Shown: positions 1-12,469 of the stretch, one piece after another
Numbering within the stretch: the stretch's first letter is position 1
Layout: each line of letters opens with the position of its first letter
Assembly (NCBI RefSeq): GCF_030684315.1
Contig: NC_081398.1
Span: forward strand, 6,428,385 to 6,492,384
Source: Stegostoma tigrinum
Taxonomy: Eukaryota
Direction: 5' to 3'
DNA: 64,000 bases
Notes under the pieces: model-generated
Told to the model about the DNA's origin: nothing
What the model saw: the letters and a program-made list of their open reading frames with translations, nothing else
The model's database searches: none
Position numbers and translations under genes: made by a program

Positions 1-612
1 ATAGAGTCATAGAGGTGTACAGCGCGGAAGCAGACCCTTCGGTCCAACTCGTCCATTCCAAACAGGTATCCCAAATTAATCTAGTCGCATTTGCCAGCAT
101 TTGACCCATATACATCTAAGACCTTGCTATGAATATACACATCCAGATGCCTTTTAAATGTTGTAATTGTACCAGCCTCCACCACTTCCTCTGGCAGCTT
201 GTTCCATACATGCACCACCCTCTGCGTGAAAAATTTGTCCTTTAGGTCCCTTTTAAATCTTTTCCCCTCTCACCTTAAACCCATGCCTCCAGTTTTGGAC
301 CCTGCTATTGCGGGCAAAAGACATTGGCTATTCACCCATTCTATGCCCCTCATGATTTTATAAACATCCATAAAGTCAGCCCTCAGCCCCCAATGCTCCA
401 GGGAAAATATCCCCAGCCTATAAGGCCCCTCCCTGTTGCACAAACCCTCCAACCCTGGCAACATCCTTGTTAATCTTTTCTGAACCCTTTCAAGTTTCAC
501 AACATCCTTCCTATAGCAGGAGGACCAGAATTGAATGTGTATTCCAAACGTGGCTTAACCAGTGTCCTGTACAGCCACAACATGACACCCCCACTCCAAT
601 ACTCAATGCTGC
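1..612 (-). mobile_element. CR1 LINE 3' fragment (ORF2 C-terminus + 3' UTR)
   Basis: Minus ORFs give LYRTLVKPRLEY and [16 protein letters not shown]...DVYKIMRG, typical of the CR1 ORF2 C-terminus; ends in a gactctat-type tail. Confidence 0.9.
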
Positions 613-614
613 AT

Positions 615-1085
615 ACAGAGAAAAAGGCAGTTAAGACTGTAGTGATTGGAGATTCAGTCATTAAGGGAACAGAGAGGTGCATCTGCAGTGGGTCTAATGA
701 CAACAGGATAGTGTGATCTGCCATGGGTGCAGTGACCCTGCAGGTTATTAGGAAGTTGCAGGGCCTTATGCAGTACGGGAAGAACACCAGCTATTGGTTG
801 TGATATAAGTTGTACGAATAACATATGTAGGAAGAGGGATGAGGTCATGAAGCCCAAATTTAAGGAGTTAGGAACCAGATTGAAAGCCAGGCCCTCAAAG
901 GTAATAATCTCCAGATTGGTGTAGGAGGGATGGCTTCAGACTTCTGTTTCAGGGAAGAGTGGGACCTCTTCAAGAAGAACATTCTTCATCCAAACAGTGA
1001 CGGGACCAATACTGTTGCAGGTGGTTTTGTTAGCTCTGTTGGGTGGACTTTAAACTAGTTTTGCAGGGGAATGGGAACCTAAGGG
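615..1085 (+). mobile_element. CR1 ORF1 esterase (SGNH) fragment, degenerate
   Basis: VVIGDSVIKG motif and later 'aaggtaataatctcc' and 'actttaaactag', paralleling ORF1 of the long CR1 at 57670-58170. Confidence 0.7.
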
Positions 1086-1185
1086 GAGGCTCTGAGTTAT
1101 TTGGAGTGGATGAGGGCTTAAGGAAAAAGAGAACCAAGATACTAAATGAAAGGAAAGGAGTAAACGAGTTGTTTAGCCCTCAGAT

Positions 1186-1789
1186 AACAAAGTGTGGAAC
1201 TGGATGAACACAGCAGGCCAAGCAGCATCTCAGGAGCACAAAAGCTGACGTTTTGGGCCTAGACCCTTCATCCGAGAGGGGGATGGGGAGAGGGAACTGG
1301 AATAAATAGGGAAAGAGGGGGAGGCGGACCAAAGATGGATGGAAACAAGATAGGTAGAGAGGAGAGTATAGATGAGGAGGTAGGGAGGGGATAGGTCAGT
1401 CCGGGGAAGATGGGCAGGTCAAGGAGGTGGGATGAGGTTAGTAGGTAGGAGATGGGGGTGCGGCTTGAGGTGGGAGGAAGGGTTGGGTGAGAGGAAGAAC
1501 AGGTTAGGGAAGCAGAGACAGGCTGGGCTGGTTTTGGGATATGGTGGGGGGAGGGGACGAGCTGGGCTGGTTTTGTGATGCAGTTGGGGGAGGAGGGGAA
1601 GAACTGGGCTGGTTTTGGGATGCAGTGGGGGGAGGGGAGATTTTGAAGCTGGTGAAGTCCACATTGATGCCATTGGTTTTGTGAGCTTTTGTGCTCCTGA
1701 GATGCTGCTTGGCCTGCTGTGTTCATCCAGCTCCACACTTTGTTATCTTGGATTCTCCAGCATCTGCAGTTCCCATTATCTCTGATACA
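1186..1789. mobile_element. Penelope-like element fragment with inverted terminal segment and 16-bp TSD
   Basis: Same family as 50463-52892. Arm ~1182-1246 is inverted at ~1683-1748; tgtttagccctcagat is duplicated at 1170-1185 and 1790-1805. Confidence 0.85.
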
Positions 1790-2344
1790 TGTTTAGCCCT
1801 CAGATGAGTGGAAACCAGATGTGACAGCAAAAGTGGGATCAGCCCCTCCACCCACCCAAAATTGGCCGAGACACCTCAGTACTGAGGAGAGAGAAATCCG
1901 GTCTGAGACTCAGGAATGCACTCAGAACACATCACCAGTAAAGGTCAAGGAGGGAGGCGGAGGGCAGGTCAATGTTCACAACATTTCATTCCTTTATTTG
2001 TCATTCGATGTACAAAAGAGAAACATCAATCTGTGGTTAAGAACGGACTGAGCTGGTTTTCATTGGTGCTCATGGATCATTCGAGGTTTTTTCCCATGGG
2101 AATGGGGTGTAACTGGGACCTGTCCTCTCACCCCCTGTGACTCTCATTATACTCTCCCACCTGTGTGCCTCTGGGTCCATTCATTCTAGATCCAGTCTGA
2201 AAAGACTCGCTTCCCTGTGAATCAATATCTGTTTCGCCTAACTAAATCAAAACCAGTTTTGGATGAGACTGAATTCTTCGTTACCCGAACTTTAATACAC
2301 AACTTCAGGTCTGGGGTTGATACATGCCTAGTGATATTTATGCC

Positions 2345-2990
2345 ATTACCATAGCCAGGTCCCAACAAGACAGAAACGAACCATCTCCTGTTATGCTCAA
2401 GAGCATTACCATCATTATATCACCTACTATGGTTTAATGGTGACCAGAACAAATTCAGATATTCCATATGAATACAGTGGCAACAAGAATGGGTCAGAAT
2501 CAGGAATGCAATTAATAACTTATCTCCTGGTCCTCCAAAGCCTGTCTACTATCGTCATAGCACAAGTCAGGACTGTGAGGGAACACTCCTCACTTGCCTG
2601 GATGGGTGCAGCACCAGTAACACTCAAGAAGCTCGATACGATCCAGGAAGAAAGCAGCCCGTTTATTGGCTCCACATCCATAAGCAATCCAGAAACTCTC
2701 ACTACGTTTTGAGAAGTGGCTGGATGTGCACACTTGCAATGCCAAGTCATATGATGCTGTGGAGCCAAGTGCTGGGAAACAGGATTTGTTTTATATAAAT
2801 AGCTGGGTCCATGCCTAGGTTCAATGGGCCGATGGGTCTTTTCCAGTGTGGCAGATCTGTGTGCCTCCAGGCATCCACTTCCTCTATCACAAGTGCTTAG
2901 TCGCAGCAGTGTGTACTATCTACAAGATACACTCACCAAGGCCCCTTAGACACAGAAATCCACAACCTCTACCATCTAGAAGGATAAGGG
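2345..2990 (+). mobile_element. L2/CR1-clade LINE 3' fragment, degenerate
   Basis: AQVRTVREHSSLAWMGAAPVTLKKLDTIQ resembles a LINE ORF2 C-terminus; related copies at 17167, 29087 and 49115. Confidence 0.65.
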
Positions 2991-3680
2991 CAGTAGATAG
3001 TGGAGGGGGTAGGACAGAGGGAGTGAATAATGGGAGTTGGAGTTCAAGGTAAAATGGAGCGTGCCCATCCCTGACAGTGAGTGGGGAAGGGAAGAGTGTA
3101 ATGGAAGGGCTACTGGGGGTGAACAGGAGGTGAACAGGATTATGGTGAGGGGATTGGGGAAGCGGAATGAGAGACATTCACAAAATGGTTGACACCTTCT
3201 GGTGGTGAACTTTGGGCTTGTAAAGACCCCATCTTCTCCAGAAACTGAGCTAAAATGAGAGGAGACTGGAAGAGGTCCATGAGGACATGGTCCGACATGA
3301 AAGGGTGCACCCGTTCTGCCACTGAGTGATGGCGAGGTGTGGGTCACTGAGCCCACAACTGCCACAACCCATTTTTGCTCCCACCACCTTTTCTTTTTTT
3401 GCCCCTTTTCAGTGGTGGGGGGAGGGAGGTCGGGGGGAGATGTGAGATTCAGGATCGAAAGGGAGCGGGGCATTGATCCCAATGATTACCTCAACCTCCA
3501 GGTGCTGCGTTCTAGAAATATCCACCGGATTCAGTCCCTCCCACCACTGCTCCCCACCCCAGCCAACCCAACTCCGCAAAACAAAGTCCATATCCTCTTT
3601 CCACTGGTTGTTCATGCTTCAACGTCTCGTCGGAATTATATCAGAATTACACAAGTCTCCAGGCGTTCTTTCCACCCAAG

Positions 3681-3850
3681 CTACAGGTTAGGGGTGGGGT
3701 CGATGGAGGTGTCACACATCTCGATGTGCACATGGGAGGTGATTTCCGGGAAAACAGCTTGAACGTTCAGCAGGGTTCCCAACCTTCGGCCCTTTGAGAT
3801 CCGTCCAGTATAGCGATCAGGCTGGAAATTGTACATCTTCACACATGAAC
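3681..3850 (-). CDS. LECT2: LECT2 last coding exon
   Basis: Acceptor ctccag|G at 3850; encodes SCVKMYN...[15 protein letters not shown]; TAG at 3683-3681. Confidence 0.95.
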
Positions 3851-6800
3851 CTGGAGTCAGAGAGATTTGGAGATATTAACCAAGGGGATTCTAAAGTGGC
3901 TTGACAGGGTCAACGCTGAGCAAATCGCATTCAGAATATCGCGAGCAGATTTGGGTGTCATACCTAAGGAAGGACGTGCTAATCTTTGAGGAGATCCAGA
4001 GGAAGTTCACAAGAACGATCTCTGGGAGGAGCGGTTGAGAATTCTGCGTCTGTACTTGCTGGAGCTTAAAAGGATAAGGGAGCAGGCATCTGATTAAAGC
4101 TTACAGAGTACAGAAAGGCCTGGATAGAGAGGACACAGAGATGTTTCCATTTGTAGGAAAGATTAGGACCCAGGGAACTGCCTTATAGTGAAGTGGGCAA
4201 CCGTTCAGAACTAAGATGAGTAATTTCTTCAGCCAGAGGGTGGTGAATCTGTGGAACCCATTGCCACAGAAGGCTGTAGATGCTAAGTCCTTGAGTGCCT
4301 CTAAGACAGGAATATACAGGTTCATGATTAGTAAGCGGGATCAAGGATTATGGGGCAAAAGCAGGAGAATGGGATTGACAAACATGTCAGCCATGGACGA
4401 ATGATGGAGCGATCGCAATGGGCCAAAAGGCCTAATTCTGCTCCTATATCTTGTGGTCTTCCAGGATGCCTTTCTCTTTTCCCTTATTTGTTCGTAGAAT
4501 GTGGGTGTCACGAGCTAGGCCAGCACTTATTGCTTGTCCATAATTGACAACAGGGTAGTTAGGAGTCCACCTCATGGACTCACATGTAGGCCTGACCATG
4601 CAAGGATGGCAGTTTCCTTCCCCAAAGGACAATAGCGAAGCAGATGGGTTTTCCCGAACAATTGATAATTATTCATGGTCATCATTAGACTCTTAATTCC
4701 AGAATTTTTTATTGAATTCGAATTCCACCATCTGGTGCAACAGGATTCAAATCCAGATCCCTTGAACATTATCTGGGTCTCTGCATTAACAGTGAAGCAA
4801 TAATACCTCCAGGCCATTGCCCTTCATAATGATTGGTTACCCTTGTGGGGGTGTGCAAGATCAGGCGGCCTCAGCTCAGAATACAGCGCAGCCAACTTCA
4901 GACTGAGATGAGGAGGAATTTCCTCTCTCAGAGGTTGCGAGTCTCTGGAACTCCTTGCCACAGAGAGCTGTGCGGGAAGAGTCCTTGGGTATACTTACCA
5001 CTGAAATAGATTCTTGATCAGTCGGAGAATCAAGGGTTACAGCAGGAACGTGTATGTGAGCAATGTCAGATCAGCTACGATCCAACTGAATGGTGGAGCA
5101 GGCTCAAGGACAAATAGTCTAGTCGTGTTCTCATTTCATATGGGCTCTATAAGGGTCAGTGCACTCAAAGTGTGATCTCTGCTTCTCACTCCACAGATTC
5201 CACCAGACCTGCTGAGTTTCCATAACGCTCTCTGTCTTTGTTGCAATGATATAATTCCTGGACTTGCAGTACTCTCAAACACCAGCACCTTTTTCAGCTC
5301 CAAATTTCCCAATCATTACTGCCAACACAACCTGGTAAATTTAGGCCACCTTTCAAAACTGGGTCTTTTGTGTGCAATGATAGTGGAGACACAGAGAATC
5401 TGTTTCCATGTTTGTTAGAGACAAACTACAGATATTACCTGAAAATTTGTAGGGTTATCCACAAACTGAAATTGAATGAAATAAGGAGGAGAAATCATAT
5501 GGAAGCTGGGGATGACCTAATGATCAGAAAGGTTTGAAAGTGGTTCTGTATGTTTGTACGTGTGTACACATGTGCCTGTGTGTGTGTGTGCACGTGTGTT
5601 TGTGTCAGTGAGATTGTATATGTATGAATGTGTTTGTTTGTGTGTGTGTGTGTGTGTGTGTGTTTAAATCTTCAGCTGTAATTCAGCAGTAACAAACCGG
5701 ACTGTCACAGAAATTCTGCAAAAGCTGAATATTTGCTTTAAAACACACACAGTGAATCAGATCTGAAAATGTGGACTATTTACTAGCTGAATTTGGGATT
5801 GTTCATAGAATTGTGTTGTGTACACAAAGTTGGTCAAATACATAAACATGGTGAACTGAGAGCTCACAATAAAGCTGATGTCAGAGTTCATTAAGACTGT
5901 AATTGCTTGGGGGCAGATGAGAGAAGGTTCATTAGTTTAATTCCAGGGATGTGGGGTCTGTCTGATGGGGAAGGACAGAGCAGTTTGAGCTTTACTGTCT
6001 TTGGATTTCAGAAGAGTGAGAGGGAATCTAATTGCGGTCTATAAGATGTTAAAGGGGATTGACAAAATGGGATAATCTAGAATTAGAGGCCACAGTTTTA
6101 GGATAAGGGAGTGGCAGATTGAAAACAGAAATGGGGAAGGTATGTTGTGAGGCACAGTCTTCTCCCTCTCACCCTGTGCCGAAATGTCTCACCTGGTCCC
6201 CGCATCATAACTCCGTTGTCAATCGCGTTACCATTGTTATAAGGATTGGCCCGTCTTATCAGCCTTCCACTGAATGGGGCATAGATCACTGATCCCTCTT
6301 TGCAGATCACATCAACTCCCAAGTGCCTGTCATTGTCTCTGGACACAAAAGAACATAGTTAGACATCTCCCCTACTATCACACACATTCGCTGAATGAAT
6401 CTTAGAGGCCCAGATAAAGTAGATGTGGAAAATACGGTTCCACCAGTAGAAGAGACTAGGATCTGAGGGAACAGCCTCAGAGTTAAGGGACAACTGTTTA
6501 GAACTGAGATGAGGAGGAATTTCTTCAACCTGAGAGTGGTGACTCTATGGAATTCATTGCCACAGAGGGCTATGGAGGTCAAGTCGTTAAGTATCTTTAG
6601 GACAGAAACAGAGTTCTTGATTAGTAATAGGGATCAAGGGTTATGGGGAGAAAACAAGAGAATGAGTTTGAGAAACATATCAGCCATGATCGAATGGCGG
6701 AGCAGACTTGATGGGCCAAATAGCCTAATTCTGCTCCGAGATCTTATGGTCTTATGGTCACTCAGGCTGAACCTTGATTGATGATGCTGTCATTTTAAGA

Positions 6801-9800
6801 GGTTATTTTGTCCTTTTTCTATTTGAAGACAGGTTGTAAGGCAGAGGTGTAGAATTGCCATAATGAAGACCACTTGTATAAATAGCTTGGGAGGCCCTTG
6901 GTTTTTTTTAAATGCATCCTGAATGGGTGTGGCCAGCTCTCACAGATCAGGATTTCTCAGTGGTAGCAAAAACTAATGGGGTCTCAAAAGAGTTGGAAGC
7001 TTCAGTGAATGTCTCCTGGCTGCAACCCTCCCCTCTAATTTTTTTCTTGATGTTGCTTGTTCCCTCCTGAATGGCAGAACTGCATGTGAGAATCTGTGTC
7101 TGCTTTTTTTTTGCCAAGACTGTCTTTTCGGAATGTTACAATGTTGGAACAGTTAATTAGCAACAGGTACTGTTTCTGTTATTCTGTTAAATTTCCAATC
7201 TAGTTATTCTAACTTCTTCTTTCTTTGATTGTATTTTAACCATAATAAGACCAATTGACATCAGAGCAGGAATTAGGCCATTCAGACCATCAAGTCCGCT
7301 CTGCCATTCAATCATGGCTGATAAGTACCTCAACTCCATTCTCCTGTTTTCTCCCTGTAACCCTTGATCCACTTGATAATCAAGAACCTACCTAGCTCAG
7401 CCTTAAATGTACTCAATGATCTGGCCTCTACAGCCTTCTGTGGCAGTGAATTCCATGGATTCACCACTCTCTGACTGAAGAAGTTTCTCCTTATCTCCAT
7501 TCTAAAAGGTCTTTCCTTTACTCTAAGGCTGTACCCTACGGTGCAAGACTCTCTTGCCAGTGGAAGCATCTTCCCATCATCCACTGTGTCCAGGCCACTC
7601 AGTATAATGTTTAAATAAATTTTGTTTTGGTTAACATCAAATAGTTTGACCAGGCTTCTTCAGGGTCAAAGAAGTCTCTGCAGAAGTTTAAAAGAACGTG
7701 GGAAAGGCAAAGCTTTCAGAGTTGACAGACAGGCAGGATTTGGGATTTCCCGGGTCTGCGTGAAAAGGGGAAATAGTGGTGGGAATTGCACAGCATTTAA
7801 AATTTTCAGAATCTTTGGAAATGGCTAAAATTCAATTGCAAACGAAGCAGGTTGGATTAGAGGCAAAACAAAGAGTCTGAATTACAATTAAAGGCAAAGC
7901 AAAAAGAAAAGGAGAGGGGAGGCATAGCAGAAGAAAGACAGACAGGAAAAGAAACCAGGACAGAAAAAAACCTCTTAAAGCATCATCAGCCTTGGGATTG
8001 TGAGGTGTATCATGAGAAAAAGCAGGCTAGGACATGGCTAGTATCTATCAGGCCTTAGCAGAGCCTCTTCCCAGCATTTTTGGCAAATTGTTGTCTATCT
8101 CTAATTACCCCTTGAGCCATGTGGGCTTGCTAGAGCCATTTCAAGGGGGCAAGAAACAAACCTATTGGTGAGTGCCTGGAGTCACATATAGGCTAGAGTA
8201 GGTAAGGACGGCAGGTTTTGTTCCCTGAAGAGCATTAGTGAACCAGATGGTTTTCACAGTGGTCCCCGTTCATTCCCCCTCAAAACCGGACACTTTCCTT
8301 TTGTTCAGATTCAGATTTCACCACCTGCGGGGTTGGAACCCATGGCCCCCAGATGATTATCTTAGGGGTTCAGCATGACAAGTCTAGCAGCAATACCTCA
8401 ATTGTCAGCTTTTCCTCAGCAAACAGTATAAATTGTTGTTCTCTTCATCTTTTGGCATTCTTGCCAGTCTGTCCTGGCCAGATGTTTGCCAGATGGCATT
8501 TGGTCTCTTTCCTCAACAATGTTCCAAAATTTTTTAAAAATCCTTCTTGGGATTTGGTCCATCGTGCCCATTCCTAACTGCCCACAGAGAAAGTGGGATA
8601 TACCTTTGTAACCTCTTCCAGCCCCTACAACCCTCCCCATCTCTGTAACTTTATACAGTTTTCCTACACCTTTCCTTATCTCTGTAACCTCTTCCAACCA
8701 CTACACCCCTCTCTATTTCTGTAACGTCCTCCAGCCCCTATAACTCTCTCTATATCTGTAACGTCCTCCAGCCGCTACATCCCTCTTTATCTCTCTAAAG
8801 TCCCCCAGCCCCTACTCTCTCCGTGTCTGTGTGAACTCATCCAGCCCCCTACACTCTTCCCTATCTCTGTGACTCTGTCCGGCTCCTACACCCTTCCCTT
8901 TCTTTGTAACCTCCTGCAGTCTGTACACCCCTCCCTACCTCTGTAATCTCATCCAGTCCCTACTGCTCTCCCTATTTTTGTCACCTCCTCACCAGCTGAG
9001 GTCCCCGTACTCTTCTAATCTGGCCTGTCAGACTTCCTAAATTATATGCACACCGCGCACCCCCCCCCCACCCCCGACCCCGACCAATGACTGCAATACA
9101 CTCAGCTGACTAGGCCCCAATCTCCAGAATTCCCTCCGTAACCCCATTTCACTCTCACTCTCTAACAATACCTGCTTGCAAAAGCATCTCTCCAGCATCA
9201 TCCTACCTCATAATGGGGTGGGGGCTGCAGATAGTGCAGTATAAAGCAGGAAGTGTGGGAACTCCACTCTAAAGCACCATGTGTTGGTTTGCCACACTGA
9301 AGGTTGCTATCAAATAGAAAATAGAAGTGGTGTTTGTTGAAGGTGTGGGTGGAGTGCTTCGCTAATGAAAATACAAACATTTACCTGGGTGCTCCATATG
9401 CTCCACTGCCATAGATATCTGTCCCCCTCACTTGGTTTGTTGGATTACCCCCGCACAGTCTATCCCAGTGACGAGCTGCAACTGTGGGACAGAGAGGCGA
9501 CCACAAACTTACCGTCACTGCCAGAGCATCTAAGATCGAAGGCAAAATATCAAGCAATCGCTTTTAATTCCTTGTGATAGAGACAGAAACAGACTGTTTA
9601 ATCTAACATGTCCATACCAACCAGATATCGTAAATTAATCTAGTCCTATTTTCCAGTAATTGGCCCATATCTTACTAAACCCTTCTTATTCATATATACA
9701 CCCAGATGCCTTTTAATTGTTATAATTGGACCAGCCTCCACCTCTTCCCCCTGGCAGATTGTTCCAAACACACTCCACCCTCTGTGTGAAAAAGTTACTC

Positions 9801-12340
9801 CTCAGGTCCCTTTTATATCTTTCCCCTCTCATCTTAAACCTATGCCATTGAGTTTTGGACACCTCCAGCTAGTGAAATGGCCTTGGCTATTCATCCTATC
9901 CATGCCCCTCTTGATTTTATAAACTCCTATAAAATCATCCCTCAGCCTCTGATGCTCCAGGGAAAATAGCCCCAGCTTATTTGGCTTCTACCTATAGCTC
10001 AAACTCTCCAACCCCAGCAACATCCTTGTAAATCTTTTCTGAACCCTTTCAAGTTTCACAACATCCTTCCTATAGCAGGAAGGCCATACTGAATGCAGTA
10101 CTCCAAAACTGGCCTAACCAATGTCTTGTACAACCACATAACGTCCCAACTCTTATACTCAATGCACTGACCGATACAGTGTTTAAAAATGGAGTTGTCT
10201 AACTGCAACTCCATCTTTAAAGAACTACGAACCTGCAGATCAAGGTCTCTTTGTTCAGCAACTCTCCCCTAAACTCTACCATTAGGTGCATTAGTCCTGC
10301 CCTGATTTGACTTACTGAAATATATCTCAGTTATCAGATGAAACTCCATCTTGTCACTCCTCAGCCCATAGGTCCATCTGATCAAGACCCATTGTATTTT
10401 GAGATAATCTTCATCACTGTTCACCATTTTGGTATCATCTACAAACTTACTAACCTTTCCTCCTATAGTTGCATCCAAATCATTTATATAAATGACAGAA
10501 AACAGTGGACCCAGCACCTATCCTTGTGGCACACCGCTGGTCACAGGCTTCCAGTATGAAAAGCAAACCTCTCCTATTACCTACAAGCCAATTTGTATCC
10601 AGTTGGGTAGCAGTCCCCAGATTCCATGTGATCTAAACAGCCTACCATGCAGAACCTTTGTGAACACTATGCTGAAGTCCATACAGCCAACACCCACCAC
10701 TCTGCAGTAACTGACCATCTTCGTCACTTTTTTAAGAAACCTCAACCAAGTTACTGAGGCACAGTTTCCCATGCACAAAATCACGCTGGCTATCCCTAAT
10801 CAGTCTTTGATTTTCAAAATACATGCAAATTCTTTTGCCCAGAATTCCTTCCAACAACTTACCCATTGATGTCAGGCTCACCAGTCTACTTCCCTAACTT
10901 TTCCTTACCACTTTTCTGAAATAATGACAACACATTAGCCAATCTCCAGTCTTCTGGCATCTCACCCATGGCTATTGTTGATACAAATATCTCAGCAAGG
11001 GGCCCAGCAATCACTTCCCTAGCTTCCCACAAAGTTCTGGGATACACCTGATCAGGTCCCAGGAGTTTATTCACTTTTATGCTTTCTAAGACATCCAGCA
11101 CCCTCTCCTGTGTAATATGAACACTTTTCTAGATAGCAATATTTATTTCTCCAAGTTATCTAGCTTCTGCATCCTTTCCCACAATAAATACCGACACAAA
11201 ATATGTGTTTGGTATCTCACCCATCTCTGGAATTTCCACATGTAGGCAGCCATGTAGATCTTAAAGGGGTCCTATTATCTCCCTAGTTACTCGTTTGCAC
11301 TTAATGTACTTTTGCTGAGAGAGTAAGAGTGGCAGTGGATTCAGAGGGAGATTAAAGTTTGTCAAGTGAGCACAGGAGAGTGTGATTAGACTGGATGGGA
11401 TATTAAAGGGATGTGACAGGCAGAAGGCGATGAGACAGGGTGGGATAATAAAAGGTGCAGGGTGTGAGGGTGAGAGTGGGATTGGACTGGGTGGGACATT
11501 AAAGGATTCAGGATGTGACGGGGAGAGTTGGACTAGGTTGGGTGAGATATTAAAGGGGGTGGGAAGTGAGGGGTAGATTGGGATTAAACTGGGTGGTAAA
11601 TTAAAGTGTATGTGAGTGAGGGGGAGAGTCGGATTAGACTGGGTGGAATCCTGAAGAATGCAGGGAGTCAACAGAGTGTGGGATTATACTTGGTGGGATA
11701 TTAAATGGTGTGTGGGTGTGAGGGGAGAGTGAGATTAGATTGGTTGGGGTATTGAAGGGTGTGGAGAGTAAGGGCGAAGAGTGGGATTAGACAGGGTAGG
11801 ATATTAAAGTGTTTATGATGTGAGGTTAAGAGTGGGCTGAGAATGAGTGGGATATTAAAGGCTGTGAGTAGTGTGGGGTAGAGTGGGAGCAGACTGGGTG
11901 GGATATTAAATGGAACAAGAAGTGAGGAGGGAGTGTGGAATTAGACTGGAAGGGATACTAAAGAGAGTGGGGAGTGAAGGAACAAATGAGTCGCTTGATG
12001 TTTGCACTTTAATCCTGGGATGGGACTGAAACTCAAGGCATTGCTATCCAGCAATAACATTGAGCTTCAGGAATAATCAATAGACAGTACTGGGAGCAAA
12101 AGGCTGAAATGACTCAGGGACAAACCCTGTTAAATAATGCCTTGAGCAGGAAATGGAAATCCCAGCTTTCAACTCCTGTATGTTTGATCATTCCAAACTT
12201 TGGACCGTTCCTGTAAACAGTTTGAAGAATAGATCACTCTAAAAGTGTAAAACATTTCAACTGTATCCCTTCCAGCCAGACACAGTATAAAGTGACTCAC
12301 CGTGAGAGAAGAGAAAGAGGAAGATAAGTCCCTTGAACAT
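3681..12340 (-). CDS. LECT2: Leukocyte cell-derived chemotaxin 2 (M23-fold, secreted); 4 coding exons, 150 aa
   Basis: join(12340-12301, 9481-9385, 6338-6193, 3850-3681) = 453 nt, all GT-AG and phase-consistent. Translation: [150 protein letters not shown]. Has HxxxD and HxH motifs, the YAPF and DPT.L hallmarks, and a signal peptide. Confidence 0.95.
3940..4460 (+). mobile_element. CR1 LINE 3' fragment (intronic)
   Basis: [19 protein letters not shown] motif plus CR1-type 3' UTR. Confidence 0.85.
4480..4820 (-). mobile_element. tRNA-related SINE (family B) with LINE-like tail
   Basis: Matches copies at 19140-19548, 38115-38445 and others (gatggtggaatttgaattcaataa...ggcaataaatgctggcc). Confidence 0.7.
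5545..5662. repeat. (TG)n microsatellite, interrupted
   Basis: Visible tg runs. Confidence 0.9.
6193..6338 (-). CDS. LECT2: LECT2 coding exon 3 (146 nt)
   Basis: gtccag|A...CCAG|gtgag; encodes [24 protein letters not shown]...NGVMMRGP. Confidence 0.95.
6395..6760 (+). mobile_element. CR1 LINE 3' fragment
   Basis: [21 protein letters not shown]; tcttatgg tandem tail. Confidence 0.85.
6780..7655 (+). mobile_element. LTR-like element interrupted by a minus-strand CR1 tail (~7241-7607)
   Basis: Colinear with 31861-32480 (aatgggtgtggccagctctcacagatca...; tgtttaaataaat...tagtttgac) on both sides of the CR1 piece. Confidence 0.65.
8607..8990. repeat. ~39-bp minisatellite (ctctgtaacctcctccagcccctacaccctccctat)
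   Basis: About ten degenerate tandem units, followed by L2-like 3' sequence. Confidence 0.85.
9385..9481 (-). CDS. LECT2: LECT2 coding exon 2 (97 nt)
   Basis: cccacag|TT...CCCAG|gtaa; encodes [31 protein letters not shown]. Confidence 0.93.
9590..11315 (-). mobile_element. 5'-truncated CR1 LINE (RT region, degenerate)
   Basis: [43 protein letters not shown]. Confidence 0.9.
11320..11980. repeat. ~51-bp minisatellite (gagagtgggattagactgggtgggatattaaaggg...)
   Basis: About 13 degenerate tandem units. Confidence 0.85.
12301..12340 (-). CDS. LECT2: LECT2 first coding exon (signal peptide)
   Basis: atcATG TTC...CAC G|gtgagt gives [13 protein letters not shown], phase 1, which joins exon 2 in frame. 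An acceptor (ctcctcag|) at 12356 suggests an upstream non-coding exon. Confidence 0.85.
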
Positions 12341-12469
12341 GATGAGATCAGAATATCTGAGGAGAACAATTCGATCATTACTTGAATAGACTTGTTCACT
12401 AATCATCAACTCCAACATTCATTAATACTCAGCACAGCTTGATCGACTTTGCTTTAGGGTTAGTCTCAA

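Noticed and set aside
1-1085. CR1 tail and ORF1 fragment head-to-head as a twin-priming inversion
   Set aside because: Would require loss of most of ORF2; the pieces differ in apparent age and no TSD can be seen.
3337-3762. 141-aa plus ORF and 168-aa minus ORF (2976-3482)
   Set aside because: They overlap the LECT2 last exon antisense or its 3' UTR and show no motifs.
9509-9540. Minus-strand ATG and gtaagt donor just upstream of LECT2 exon 2
   Set aside because: The intron would be about 30 nt and the ATG frame stops at once; 12340-12301 gives a proper signal peptide.
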